This document shows positions 47,952 to 61,843 of a DNA stretch of 64,000 nt, piece by piece (positions within the stretch are counted from its first letter, which is position 1; every line of letters begins with the position of its first letter). The notes below the pieces were generated by a model, which searched no databases, was not told the origin of the DNA, and saw only the letters and a list, made by a program, of their open reading frames with translations. Origin of the DNA: Octopus sinensis (Eukaryota). The position numbers and the translations under genes are program-made. Where the stretch lies: NCBI RefSeq assembly GCF_006345805.1, contig NC_043013.1, positions 8,122,001 through 8,186,000 on the forward strand, written 5' to 3'.

Positions 47952-49311
47952 CAGGGTGTTCCAAAAGAAACAGTGCACTGAACACAAGAAAGGATATTTA
48001 TAGTTGAAAATGTTTTCCCAAAAGATTTTAAATATTATATTTAGATAATTTAGATATCTAAATTTTAGATATTTATATTAAATATTCTTTTGTTTCAGGG
48101 ACCCTTTGAAAATGGTGCTTACCTTACAAGAAAGGATATTTATTGTTGAAAATGTTTTCCGAGATGGTGGCAAACACCAAAGAAGTGCAAGAGTCATTTC
48201 AAAGAAAATTTGGTGCAGAACGTTTGCCGCATCGAAATTGTGTTTCCGCTTTGTTGCATAAGTTCAAAAAAACTGGAAGTGTTCAAGACAAACCCAAAAG
48301 TGGCCGCCCAAAAGTCGTTACAGATACAGTCTTACAGAATGTTACCAACAAACTGGAGAGGAGCCCACGAAAGTCTTTGAGGCGTTTGTCTCAAGAAACT
48401 AGGATATCTCTAACATCAACTCACCGAGTCGTGCATCAACTTAAATTCTTTCCATATAAAGTGCATGTTGTTCATGAACTGAAGCCTCAGGATTCAGAAA
48501 AAACGCGTACTCTTCTGTCGGTGGTTTGAAAATTTTATTCTAGAGAAAGGTGAAAACATTTTAAACCATACATTCTTCAGTGATGAAGCATGGTTCCATT
48601 TGTCCGGGTACATGAACAGTCAGAACTCTAGAGTGTGGTCTACAATAAATCCTCATGCTCTGTTTCAGAAACCACTCCACGATCAAAAAGTTGGTGTTTG
48701 GTGTGCTTGTCAAGGCGGCGTATATTGGACCTATCTTTTTTGAAAACACCATCACATCTGAGTGTTCTTCAATAAATCCTGGAGCCATTTTTTGATCAAC
48801 TGACGGAGCAAGAAAGCAACAAGGCTGGTTCCAGCAAGATGGTGCAACTGCACATACGGCTCGTGTCAGTATGGCTGCAGTTTGGATGTCTTTGGGGATC
48901 GTGTGATCTCTCGTGGTTTGTGGCCACCTCGATCACCGGATTTAACACCTCCTGACTTTTATCTGTGGGGCAAATTGAAAGACTCAGTGTATGCAGACAA
49001 TCCTCGAACTACTACGGATGAACTGAAGCAGAAAATAACAAGTGTTATTCAAAACATCAAACCTGATGAACTTGAGTGTGTTTTTTTCAAAACACGCAGC
49101 GTCGCGCTCGTTTATGTCTGCAGGTGAATGGCGCACACTTTCATCAGTTATTGTAGATCATATCTTACTGCACGAGTCAATCCTCAATCGTACTTTAGTT
49201 GATAAGGTATTGAATTTGTGAATATTTGCAATAAATAGTATTTTTCTGTGAGTTTTGTTTCTTTGGGTTATTAGCATATTCCTACTGCACTGTTTCTTTT
49301 GGAACACCCTG
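47952..49311 (+). mobile_element. full-length Tc1/mariner-superfamily DNA transposon (rosa/DD41D-like), 1360 bp
   Basis: Perfect 26-bp TIRs CAGGGTGTTCCAAAAGAAACAGTGCA (47952-47977, 49286-49311), TA on both sides, transposase remnant inside. Confidence 0.95.
48112..49156 (+). pseudogene. DDD transposase pseudogene with multiple frameshifts
   Basis: MVLTLQERIFIV... N-terminus; GSVQDKPKSGRPK linker; FSDEAWFHLSGYMNSQNSRVW, WFQQDGATAHTA and WPPRSPDLTPPDFYLWGKLK motifs in shifting frames; GAHFHQLL* end. Confidence 0.9.
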
Positions 49312-49596
49312 TATATATATATTTATAAATATATTTGAAGCATTATGCTTCACAGAATATGCACTTATGCATTAATCTCTTTGTAATATTCCTTATATCC
49401 CCCAATAATGGCTTATATTGCAATTATGAGAATCAAAGATTTCTTTATGTATGGATATGTGTGATGTGAGTGAATATGTATACGTGTGTGTGCAAATATA
49501 CTTGCATGCATGTGTGTATGTATGTATATATGTGCAGCATAATATATATATATATAGAGAGAGAGCGCAGTATATATATATATGTGTGTGTGTATG

Positions 49597-49635
<39 letters not shown>

Positions 49636-50558
49636 GTTGTGTGTGTATGTATATATAATATATGTTATATATATATGTAATATATATATATATATATATA
49701 TAATATTATATATATATATATATATATATAATATTTATATATATAATATATATATATATATTATATAATATATATATTATATAAATCTTATTTATTAAAT
49801 TCAGCACTTCTAAAGATGGCCTCATACCGAATTCAACTTTAGAAGATATATTGGAAAAAAATATATTGGATTTTCAAAAAGTTCATCAATCAAAATACCT
49901 GATTCTAATCTTTCAGGTTACCATTCTCTCCACCTGATCTAAATGAACTAAGGACCATAACAAATTTTTATCAAATACTCCTGTCAAATATTTCTGTATA
50001 TATCTTTGTCAATTTTCACTTCTTACTTTTTCAGTTCTTAATAAATATCATTTAAGTAGTCTTACTCTTAGTTTGTACTGATGAGACACAATCACATTGA
50101 AACTGTTCTTTTCACAAATAATGAACAGAATAGATATTGTAATTGATATGAAATTAAATTAACCCTTTAGCCTTCAGATTATTCTATGAAATGCAATGCT
50201 TACTTATTCACAATGTTTTGAATTAATTATGCATTGTCTTGTGGCATCAAGATTTCGATAAAGTGATTTTCTTTTATTCTTTACAATGACATTATAGGAG
50301 GTGTGAGGTGTTGAATCTTGCCAGTCTGAACATAAAGGAGACAGAATATTTTGGCCAGAATATTTTGGACCCTCTCAACACCCACCATTGAGAACCTATG
50401 ATGTAAACAAACAAATATCTTATTATATATATATAGTTTATTTCCGGATTGAATGAAGAATATCTGTCCTGCAAATGTGGCACTGAGCACTCATTCTTAC
50501 TGTTTAATACTATCATATACATAAATACATATATATATATCTATGTATATACACATAT

Positions 50559-50868
50559 GGGCGCAATGGCCCGGTGGTTAGGGGAGCGGACTCGCAGTCG
50601 TAGGATCGCGGTTTCGATTCCCAGGCCGGGCGTTGTGAGTGTTTATTGAGCGAAAACACCTAAAGCTCCACGAGCTCCAGCAGAGGGGTGGTGGTGATCC
50701 CTGCTGTACTCTTTCACCACAACTTTCTCTCACTCTTTCTTCTGTTGGCCTGCTCACTTAGCCAGCGGGGTGGCGTCATTTGAAGGCTAAAACAATGCGA
50801 AGCGCATTGTGATCAGCGATGTGTAGCAACATCTGATAGCCTGGTCGGTCACGGTGATCACAGTGATA
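50559..50868 (+). mobile_element. SINE family C head with tail type 2
   Basis: C head and body, then a tail (GCCTGCTCACTTAGCCAGCGGGG...GGTCACGGTGATCAC) seen once in the window. Confidence 0.75.
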
Positions 50869-50882
50869 TACACATATACTAA

Positions 50883-51114
50883 GGCGGTGAGCTGGTAGAA
50901 ACATTAGCACGTCAGGCGAAATGCGTAGCCGTATTTTGTCTGCCGCTACGTTCTGAGTTCAAATTCTGCCGAGGTCGACTTTGCCTTTCATCCTTTTGGG
51001 GTCGATAAATTAAGTACCAGTTATGCACTGGGGTCACTGTAATCAACTTAATCCATTTGTCTGTCCTTGTTTGTCCCCTCTGTGTTTAGCCCCTTGTGGG
51101 TAGTAAAGAAATAG
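50883..51114 (+). mobile_element. SINE family B, full length
   Basis: Matches the family B head, body and tail. Confidence 0.85.
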
Positions 51115-51543
51115 ATATACACATATACATACATATATCAGCCATACATACATATATGTACACCACAAACAATTACATGTAGATATTCATACATACATAC
51201 GTACATGCATACATACACACATACATACATACATACATACATACATACATACATACATACATACATACATACATAAATACATACACACATACATACATAC
51301 ATACATACATACACACATACACACATACATACATACATACATACATACATACATACATACATAAATACATACACACACACACATACACACATACATACAT
51401 ACATAGACATACATACATACATACATACATACATACACACATACATACATACATAGACATACATACATACACACATACATACATACATACATACATACAT
51501 ACATACACATACACACACATACATACACACATACATACATACA
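51115..51543. repeat. (CATA)n-derived microsatellite
   Basis: Visible directly in the sequence. Confidence 0.95.
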
Positions 51544-51651
51544 TTATTCCTTATCCATTAATAATTATATTAAATTTTTTTTTTGTTTTAAGTCTGTAGT
51601 CTAATAAGGCATAAAGAGCTTAAAAATCTATAATGTAAGTTAATATTAAAG

Positions 51652-51798
51652 GATTTACCAGGTAAGTACTGAAGACAACATAGAAATAAATACATCACTA
51701 TCAGGTGTTGTTATTTACACTTGCTCTCACGCAGCTCTCTCTCGCCGAAAACTTTGCCCCTGTCACTTAACCTGTGTGAAATACACTGTTTGAATCAG
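51652..51798 (+). other. candidate exon end / 73-nt intron / 64-nt exon
   Basis: CAG|GTAAGT at 51662, CACTTGCTCTCACGCAG acceptor at 51734, CAG|GTAAGT at 51799. Confidence 0.4.
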
Positions 51799-52001
51799 GT
51801 AAGTGACGAGAAACTGAAATCATGCTTCATTTTGTTTAGTCGTGTGTGTGTGTGTATGTGTGTATATATATGTATGTATGCATTATAGAAGTTAATTGTT
51901 TTGGCTTGTCTGAGGGGGACCTAGCACCTATGAAGTGCTTAGTATCGGCAGCTCTAATGTTTTAGAGTGTGCGTCGTCTTTAGATATATGAACTGCTGGC
52001 A

Positions 52002-52139
<138 letters not shown>

Positions 52140-52635
52140 CATATGTTTATCTATGTGTTATATGCAATAGATGTCATTTATCTATCATACTAAATGTAAA
52201 TGCAGCATGATAGGCAAGGTTACTGCAGGAAACACAATAACACAATACATATACACACATACATATATATACATATATACATATATACGACGGGCTTCTT
52301 TTCAGTTTCCATCTACCAAATCTACTCACAAGGCTTTGGTCGGCTTGAGGCTATAGTAGAAGACACTTGCTCAAGGTGCCATGCAGTGGGACTGAACCCG
52401 GAACCATGTGGCTCGTAAGCAACTACTTACCACACAGCCATTCCTGCACCTATTATATATATATATATATAAAGGGCATTACTAATCATAAATGCCTTGT
52501 GCTATGAGGGACTCTCAAAGTCAAAAGTAATGCCCTTAATATAAATATATTTAAAGGGAATAATTATGAATTTTTTCAGGTTTTTTCACGCTGACTACTT
52601 GATAAATTCATATAAAGATTTTATCCTATTTTTAA

Positions 52636-52689
<54 letters not shown>

Positions 52690-53542
52690 ATATGTATATA
52701 TTTATGCGTATATATATATATATATATATATATATTGAACAGAACAAATTATGAGGGATTGTCAATGCGGCCACAATACTTCATAAGCTCAATTTGCCTC
52801 AATTGATTAATAGACCAATTGAATAACCCTGTCAGTAATGCACCTATAATTACTACTGGAAACAGCTGTAAGCCAAATTTGCTCCAATAAAGGAATAATA
52901 TGTAATGACCATTATTTTTAACTTGTCTCTCGCATATATATATATATATATTTCAAATTTGAGAAGGTAAACATTAAATATTGTGGGAACATCTTGTTCT
53001 CCTCTTGACACATACTCTGGTTTTGACAACAATAATAAGTCTTGTTGTTAATACCACAATGCCATAGTATTTTGGTTAAAAGTATGTAGTTCTCTCTACC
53101 TGACATTATCTCTAGTTGTTTACCTGCCACTTTACAGGGTTTACTGGTTCATTTTGTTGTAGCTCAAGAACAAGAGTGGTCACCTTGTTCTTGGCAAGAC
53201 TAAAGGTTTTTCTCTAGCTTGTATTGTCTCTCTTCATTTATTAATCACTGTGCAGATCTATACTAGGTTCATTTTATTGTGGCACCAGCACTAGTGTTGG
53301 TGCAAGGGTGAAGGAGTGGCTGTGTGATAAGTAGCTTGCTTACCAACCACATGGCTCCGGGTTCAGTCCCACTGTGTGGTACCTTGGGCAAGTGTCTTCT
53401 ACTATAGCCTCAGGCTAACCAAAGCCTTGTGAGTGGATTTGGTAGATAGAAAATAGAAGTCTGTCGTGTATATATGTATGTATGTATATGTTTGTGTGTC
53501 TGCTCTTAAGGCTGTCTACTCATAAGGCTTCTGTGATTCTTT

Positions 53543-54012
53543 CATCATCATCATCATCATCATCATCATAATCATCGTTTAACATCTGCTTTCCATGCTG
53601 GCATGGGTTGGACGATTTGACTGAGGTCTGGCGAACCAGATGGCTGCACCAGACTCCAATCTGATCTGGCTGAGTTTCTACAGCTGGATGCCCTTCCTAA
53701 CGCCAACCACTCCAAGAGTGTAGTGGGTGCTTTTACATGCCACTGGCACGAGGGCCAGTCAGGCAGTACTGGCAACGGCCATGCTCAAATGGTGCTTTTT
53801 ATGTGCCACCTGCACAGGAGCCAGTCCAGCGGCACTGGCAACGACCTCGCGCGAATGTTTTTTCACATGCCACCAGCACAAGTACTAGTAAGGCAACGCT
53901 GGTAACGATCACACTCGAATGGTGTCTTTTACGTGCCACCGGCACGGAGGTCAGCTCATTGCTCTGGCAATGATCACACTTGTATGGTACTCTTAGCATT
54001 CCACTAGCATGG
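53543..54012 (-). mobile_element. family D element with degenerate ~60-bp minisatellite 5' end
   Basis: D body plus repeated GGTGCTTTT(T)ACGTGCCACC units. Similar copies at ~56620-56930, ~57432-57685 and ~63640-63920. Confidence 0.8.
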
Positions 54013-54369
54013 CATCATGCTTTGAATCTTTAGCATTTGGATTTCTTTCTCAGATATAATGTTTATTAATTCATAATGTTTTACATTAATCATGCATTGT
54101 CTTGTAGCTTCAAGATTTAAAATGACATTGTAGGGTAAATGTGGGAAGTTGGATTTTGGCAGTTTTAACTTAAAACAGGTAGAATATTTTAGCCAGATAT
54201 GGTTGGTTTAAATGCTAAAGGGTCAAATAGTTTATAAAGTCCATGGTCTCTCACCGTCCATCAGTTTAACCACCTCTGACATAAGAATTATGGGAAGAGC
54301 TGTCTTAATACACAGCTATTTATATAACTTCACCACAAGGTCCAGTCCTTGTTGGTGTCTTGTTGTCTC

Positions 54370-55150
54370 AATGATCCTGAGAGCTTTGCCTGCAGAATGC
54401 CAGCTTCTGGTATGGCCTCTCATGCTGGACAGGTCAAAGGATAGAGGCCAATGTAATATGGACCACCTCCTCCAAGACGTAGAAATGAGTTTACATAGGG
54501 TCAATGTTTTCTTTGCAGGATCTCCTGCATAAACAGGAAATGGCAAAAAAAAAAAAAGACAATGAAGAGCTTCCAGTTCACATACTTCAGGAGAACGGAT
54601 GTTAAACGATGATGATGAAGGAGAATACTTGACATCAACTGGCTGCAATGAGTCTGAAATGACCTAATTGAAACAATAACGGGAATTGTTAGGATCAGAG
54701 ACAGAATAAGACACCAATGCTAGAACTGGATCAGTTGTGTCTTTAGACAACATAGAGAGAGCAATTGAATGGTGGCGCCAAAATGATGACTTGAGCGCGG
54801 AAAGAACAGTAGGGCACCCCAAAACCACTTGGCAAAGAACCATTGATAAGGAAAGGAGAGAAGCAGTATAGAGAAATTGGAATGAGACCGGAACAGTGGT
54901 AAAAAAACAGAGCTGGTCAGAGAGATCAGGTAGCGGTTTTATGTCCTTCATGGTATGGAGAGAACCAACGAACTAATGGGCCTGGCATTCACCTCTACCT
55001 AGAAAAAAAGTTAAGTTACAGGAGTATCAATGACGTTTCAAAATCAAGACCTGGTGGAGTAGAAGCAGAAAAGACAATCCAGAGATAGGAAGATTGTAGA
55101 AAGGCCATTGATGGCCTATGTTTCATAGGGTGCAAAGGGCTTAAATAAGT
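54370..55150 (+). mobile_element. RTE-clade LINE remnants (5' UTR-like piece and ORF2 C-terminal pieces)
   Basis: GATCCTGAGAGCTTTGCC...GGACAGGTCAAAGGATAGAGGCCA resembles RTE 5' UTRs; 54800-54960 translates as VGHPKTTWQRTIDKERREA..NWNE...VAVLCPSWYGE. Confidence 0.7.
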
Positions 55151-55199
55151 AATATACACAACTACAGCATAATCATAGATTAGCTTTGAGCCCCTAGAC

Positions 55200-55535
55200 C
55201 AGTGGTTCTCAGCTGAGGGTCCATATAAGATTTTTGGGGTCCACATAACAAAATAGTAAATTGGGGATCCGTAATAGTATTTTAAGGGCCCCTGAAAAAA
55301 TTCTGCTTTAGATGTATGTATTGGTGTGTAATGCAAGGAACAGCTAGGTTTCTTTCTCTAACATTTTACATAGTTCAACTTAAACAAGTTAATGTGTGAA
55401 AAACAAAACAGGAATCTTGAAAGATGTTTCTATAAGACTAGTTTTTAAGCATCAAATGGCTCTAGGAATCTACCAGAATAAAATGATAATCAAAGAAGTC
55501 CTTATAATTAAAAAAAAAGTGGTTAAGAACCCCTG
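55200..55535. mobile_element. hAT (Charlie-like) MITE
   Basis: Termini CAGTGGTTCTC / AAGAACCCCTG; 8-bp TSD CCCTAGAC / CCCTAGAT. Confidence 0.75.
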
Positions 55536-55825
55536 CCCTAGATCAATGGGGTCTCCAGGCAACTCATCAATGTTTCCATGTTTATGGGGGTTCCTGCATC
55601 TCTCTGTGAGCTTTCTCCTACGTTTAACATGAAAGCAAAAAAAAAAAGAAAAAGAATGGAAATAAAAAAATGATGCTTATGAGTTACCATAATAAAAAAT
55701 ATAAATGAGGGCAAAGAGAAAAGAAATAAATTATTTCTTCTTCTTCTTCTTCTTCTCTATCTTCTTCGTCAGATATCAAGCTTTGGTTCTCATATACACA
55801 TATACACGTCCACCCACATATAAAT

Positions 55826-55863
<38 letters not shown>

Positions 55864-56388
55864 ATAATATGTGACATATAAACAAACTAATTTCATTGCA
55901 GAAACACTTTTCATTATAGAAGTAGTTCAAGTGTTCTTGATGAGAAATATGAGGTTTCAAATATCGGTTTCCTAATTCCTTGTGTTTATATGTTTTGATT
56001 ACTTCAAATATTATACTTTGATAAATTATTGAATATTATTTTCTATGAATGGGAAATGTTTTTCTCATATGTTTATATAAAGCATTTTTTCTGTTTTTTT
56101 TTTTTTTAAATCATTACTAAAATTACAAATGAAATGAAATAAAATATTACGATTCATTTTCTCTTTCTTTTCAAATACAAGTTAATTAACAGTTTTTGAT
56201 CTGTCTGGAGAGTTTTAGTTAAAGATCTTTGCAGAAATAAACAGCAGATTGCATAAAATATGGTTGTTGTTGTTATTGTTGTTGTTGTTGTTTGCTTTTC
56301 AGTTCTCAAAGTATGTGTGTCTTACCATTTGCTGGAGTCTATATGTATTTGCTAGCTTTGTCTGTGGCCTTGGGAATTAGGTGCTAAC

Positions 56389-56425
<37 letters not shown>

Positions 56426-57683
56426 TTAATACTGGCATGTCTGCCTGGTTGAAAGCTCTGCTTTAAAACAACATAGTTTGGGGTTTTGTATCATTATATG
56501 GGACCTTGAGTTTGTGTCTTTTGCTGTGGCTGGCCTCTTGTTGACTAATAACTACCTTGTGAGTGGAATTTGGTATGTGAAATCTGTGTGGAACCCATAA
56601 TATGTATGTGTGTAAATATATATCATCATCATCATCATCATTGTTTAGCGTCCGCTTTCCATGCTGGCATGGGTTGGACGGTGCAACTAGGGTCTGGGAA
56701 GCCAGAAGGCTGCACCAGGCCCAGTCTGATCTGGCAATGTTTCCATGGCTGGATGCCCTTCCTAATGCCAACCACTCCATGAGTATAGTGGGTGCTTTTT
56801 ACGTGCCACCAGCACAGGTGCCAGACGAGGCTGGCAAACAGCCACGATCGGATTTTGCTTTTTACATGCCACCGGCACGGAGGCCAGGCGAGGCTGGCAA
56901 ACGACCACGATCGGATGGTGCTTTTTATGTGCATATATATATATATATATATATTCCAGAGGGTGACAAGTTCCAAAAGCTATGTCTGGTCACTTGGACT
57001 GAAGGATACAAAGATAAGTCTGAAAGTGAATAAAAATATTTGATCCATAATTGTTATTCTGGCAGTGGACCAATGATTATAGGTAGTTTATTTGTGTGTG
57101 TGTGTGTACACATATATATCTATATATATATATATAATATATATATATATATATAATATATATAAAATTAATATTATCAAAAGGTAATCGGAAATATTAG
57201 AAATTTCCATTACCAAGTGTACCTGCTGAAGAAGGCTTTGTCTAGCAAATTATTTTATTTGCTAAAAAAATGTCTGAAACCATTGTTCCAAGGAGTTTGA
57301 TGGTAAATGTTTTTATTTTTCATTCCCTTTGATTTTTATCTCTAATAGTGGTTCGGAATTTAACTGTCCTCTCTAGCATGTAGGTAGTCCTATGATGGCT
57401 ACCTCTTATGTGTTTAAATATATATATCCATATCATCATCATCATCATCATCATCATCGTTTAACGTCCTTTCTCCATGCTGGTATGGGTTGGACGGTTC
57501 GACCGGGGATCTGGGAAGCCAGAAGGCTGTACCAGGCTCCAGTATGATCTGGAGGTGTTTCTATAGCTGGATGCCCTTCCTAATGCCAACCACTCCATGA
57601 GTATAGTGGGTGCTTTTTACGTGCCACCGGGACAGGTGCCAGACGAGGCTGGCAATGGCCACGATCGGATTGGTGCTTTTTAC

Positions 57684-57725
<42 letters not shown>

Positions 57726-58197
57726 CACGCATACACACACATGTAGCACATATACATAAACACTTATGCTTACATGTATGTATGCATGCATTTATGTGAT
57801 TATGTGTGTGAGGGGGAGGGGTTGTGTTTCTGTGTGTTTGTTTTTATGACATGTCTTGGGCAGCAGTGACATTTATTTCCCATGGCTTAATGGCTTGACA
57901 AGTATATACCAGCTGAATAATTAACCATCTTTGAATGAAAACAAGTAAGGCTTGACCTGAGAGGAAGGGCATCTGGTTGTAGAACAATGTCTCAAAAGAA
58001 CTTGTTCTCACTAATCCCAATAAAGACAAAATGCACACTAGACATTAAAATGATGATGATGACGGTGATGACCGCTATGACAGTGCCGTCAAAGATGAAT
58101 CAGAAACATGCTGGCTGAGTAGATACAGTACTGGACTACCAATACGTAGGTCCTGATTTCAAATCTATCCCTGTTATGTCATTATGTACTGTAGCAA

Positions 58198-58412
58198 GTG
58201 AAGGTGCATGACTCAGTGGTTAGAGCACCTGGTTCACAATCGTGAGGTAGTGAGTTCAAATCCCAAACCGGGCTGTGTGTTGTGTTCTTGAGCAAGACAC
58301 TTTATTTCATGTTACTCCAGTTCACTCAGCTGTAGGAATGAGTTGTGAGGTCACTGGTGCCAAGCTGTATTGACCTTTGTCTTTGCCTTGGACAACATTG
58401 GTGGCATGGAGA
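58198..58412 (+). mobile_element. SINE family E, 3'-truncated
   Basis: Head and body match 22024-22723. Confidence 0.8.
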
Positions 58413-60046
58413 GAAGTATGTAGTTATGTAACACAGACGTATAAACACAAGAGATAGTCAATGCATTCTGGGTAGCTGAGTATTGCATGTAGTTACTGGG
58501 ACACTTTTTTGTGGTACACTCAGAATCTTTGACTGATCACTGACTCATGTTATCACAGATCAATCAGTGATAAACCTAACATGGTTGTTATCTTGGATCA
58601 GTGATATATGAATCAGTGATAAACAAAGCTACATGTATCCCAATGTAATACTTCTTACTGCTGCAATCCAATGAGGTAAAGAGTCTTCTGGTTATTCTTT
58701 TATCAGTCTTGGACATTTTACTAAAAGTCAAAGGTACTACCCTCTGTCTTGGACCAAGCCATTAAAAAAAAATAATAAATAATAGTTTCCCCACACTTGA
58801 CAGCCCAGACTATTGCAATTGTCAGTCAGTTTATATAACTCTAAGTAGAAGAATTTAAAAAGTAATTTTCTTAGAAATGAAATGGCCGTTTTATGCAAAA
58901 CGGCCAGCTTGATAGATAGGTGAATTTATTTGGACTGTTGAAGACATACATAAAATATTTCTTTGTATATTTTGTATTGATTGGTTCATGATAAAAGGAG
59001 CAAATAATTGTTTACATTGGATGTAAGAAAGTTAAAGAAAAAAAGTAATAAAAAACAGCCCAAAATTAAATAAGAAACAAATTGAATATAACAATTTTAG
59101 AAATGAAAAAAAAAATCAATAAATTGAATATAAAATTTAAAAAAAACACATTCAGTATATAAAAATATATGTTACATGTTGCTCACAGTTATAGAAAGAA
59201 AGGTATTACATTGAACTATTTCTAGAAAAAAAAACAAAACAAAAAAAACCCCCAAAAAACAAATGTTACTATAACATTTCTGAAGATAGAATAATATATA
59301 GATTTATTTTATTCGAAAATATTTAATGTAACTATAGAAATATCTGAATAATGTTTTGTAATGTTATTTTTACATTGTTTTAAGAAGTTAACTGCATTTT
59401 AAATTTTATTTTGCGTGATGAATTTTGACAATATATTCAGTAAAGTCAGGAGATATTTTCAGCATAAATATTAATTTGAAATTATAATGGAAAAGCGTCT
59501 GACTGTTCTCTCCCCCAGTCGCCATCTCTGCCTGTATGCATATCTCTTTTAATGGTTCTTGCTCCAACATCTTTGTCTTTGTCTGCCTGTTTCCTATGTG
59601 TGTGTATGTGTGTTTGTGCATGTGTATATACACACACACACACAAACACACATACACATACACACACACACACGCATCTATCCTTATCAATTTTTCTTCC
59701 TGCTTACATGTCTGTTACTTTATTGATATCTCAAAAAGATTAACTAATGCTTCTGCATGCACACGCACACACACTCATACGTGCACACGCACACACACTC
59801 ATGCGTGCACATGCACACACGCACACATACACAGATTTTTTTTCTTTTAAACATATTATTTCCTTTAAGTTTATGAAAGACACATGCAAAAATTACCTAT
59901 AGGCACACTGGTATTTAATTTATTGACCCCGAAAGGATGAAAGGCAAAGTTGACCTCAGTAGAATTTGAACTCTGAACGTTGTGGCAGATGAAATATCGC
60001 TAAGCATTTCATCTGGCGTGCTACCAATTCTGCTAGCTCGCTGCCT

Positions 60047-60087
<41 letters not shown>

Positions 60088-60089
60088 TA

Positions 60090-60506
60090 GGCGCAGGAGT
60101 GGCTGTGTGGTAAGTAGCTTGCTAACCAACCACATGGTTCTGGGTTCAGTCTCACTGCGTGGCATCTTGGGCAAGTGTCTTCTGCTATAGCCCCGGGCCG
60201 ACCAATGCCTTGTGAGTGGATTTGGCAGACGGAAACTGAAAGAAGCCTGTTGTATATATGTATATATATATATAAGTGTGTGTGTATATGTTTGTGTGTC
60301 TGTGTTTGTCCCCCTAGCATTGCTTGACAACCGATGCTGGTGTGTTTACGTCCCCGTCACTTAGCAGTTCGGCAAAAGAGACTGATAGAATAAGTACTGG
60401 GCTTACAAAGAATAAGTCCCGGGGTCAATTTGCTCGACTAAAGGCGGTGCTCCAGCATGGCCGCAGTCAAATGACTGAAACAAGTAAAAGAGTAAAGAGT
60501 AGAGAG
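60090..60506 (+). mobile_element. SINE family A, full length
   Basis: Carries the young-subfamily diagnostic bases. Confidence 0.9.
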
Positions 60507-60507
60507 T

Positions 60508-60553
<46 letters not shown>

Positions 60554-60555
<2 letters not shown>

Positions 60556-60641
60556 TCATGTACATTGTTTTGTCTTATCATGTACATTGTTTTGTCTTAT
60601 CATGTACATTGTTTTGTCATATCATGTACATTGTTTTGTCT
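60554..60641. repeat. 22-bp tandem repeat, four copies
   Basis: TATCATGTACATTGTTTTGTC(T/A) at 60554, 60576, 60598 and 60620. Confidence 0.9.
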
Positions 60642-61137
60642 TGGTATAAAAGATGGGCTACAGCAAATATTCTGCTCAATACCACAGATTTGCTTGTCAG
60701 TTGTTTGACCTTAACCAGTTGAGCATGTCCCTTAGTGGCTGACGATATGTGCATCTCTGATCACGAGCAGAAGTAGTGGGGGAGCATCATGGCCATGTGT
60801 TGGGGGGGATTCTTTGGGGTTTGAATAATTCACCTCTGGAAACATGGGTGGTTCTTTCAACATCCTTAAACAACCCTTATTCAGAGACCTTTTGAGCGGG
60901 ATGGGCTACTCAACCTGAAGAAAATTCTAACTGGGCCCCACCTGCAAGGTCATGTGCTGTTCATCTTGATATGAGATCACCATGTCGCGCACATATGGTT
61001 GTGATGTATGTGCCTGGTGCACCCTTATCAGATGGGTAGTCATGATGGGTATATTGGGCTTCGTATATTTTACCCCAGTGTCACTTTGATGGCATGAACT
61101 GCTCTCTCACTCAATAATAATAATAATAATAATAATA
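60642..61137 (+). mobile_element. probable 3' end of a non-LTR retroelement with (AAT)n tail
   Basis: GC-richer block ending in (AAT)n and preceded by (AAT)n; single copy in the window, no diagnostic ORF. Confidence 0.4.
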
Positions 61138-61575
61138 CACAAATAAAAACATGCACATATAATTTATAAATGCATTAATATATCCATAAAAATACAAATA
61201 AATAGAAATTTAATTTGACCATCATCATCATCATCATCATTTCACATTCGTTTTCCATGCCAGTATGGGTTGGGCAGTTTGACAGGGTCTGAATGAGCTG
61301 CAGAGCTGCGTCAGGCCAAAACTTCAGCGTAGGCATGTTTTCTATGACTGGACGTCCTTCCTAATACCATCCATTTTATAGTTTGTACTGGATGTTTTAT
61401 TGTGTCACTGACGCAAGTGGGATTGCCAAGTAACTTGCATGACAAAGTAAAAAAGGAAATGGGAAAAACCCTTACATCTAAAGGGAAGAGTATTTGAGAG
61501 AGGTAGTTATGGCTTTATGCGAGGTTTTGAAGGTTAAAGTGTGTGTCTATGTGTGTGTGTATGAATATAATAAAT

Positions 61576-61798
61576 ACTCTTTACTCTTTTACTTGTTTCA
61601 GTCATTTGACTGCGGCCATGCTGGAGCACCGCCTTTTTTTAGTCGAGCAAATCGACCCCGGGACTTATTCTTTGTAAGCCCAGTACTTATTCTATCGGTC
61701 TCTTTTGCCGAACCGCTAAGTGATGGGGATGTAAACACACCAGCATCGGTTGTCAAGCAATGCTAGAGGGACAAACACAGACACACAAACACACACAC

Positions 61799-61843
<45 letters not shown>

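Noticed and set aside
50072-50118. CTGATGA...GAAA motif; also CTAAAGA...CCGAAT at ~49810-49832
   Set aside because: No pairable stem II or palindromic helix III; the second is explained by a simple 9-bp hairpin.
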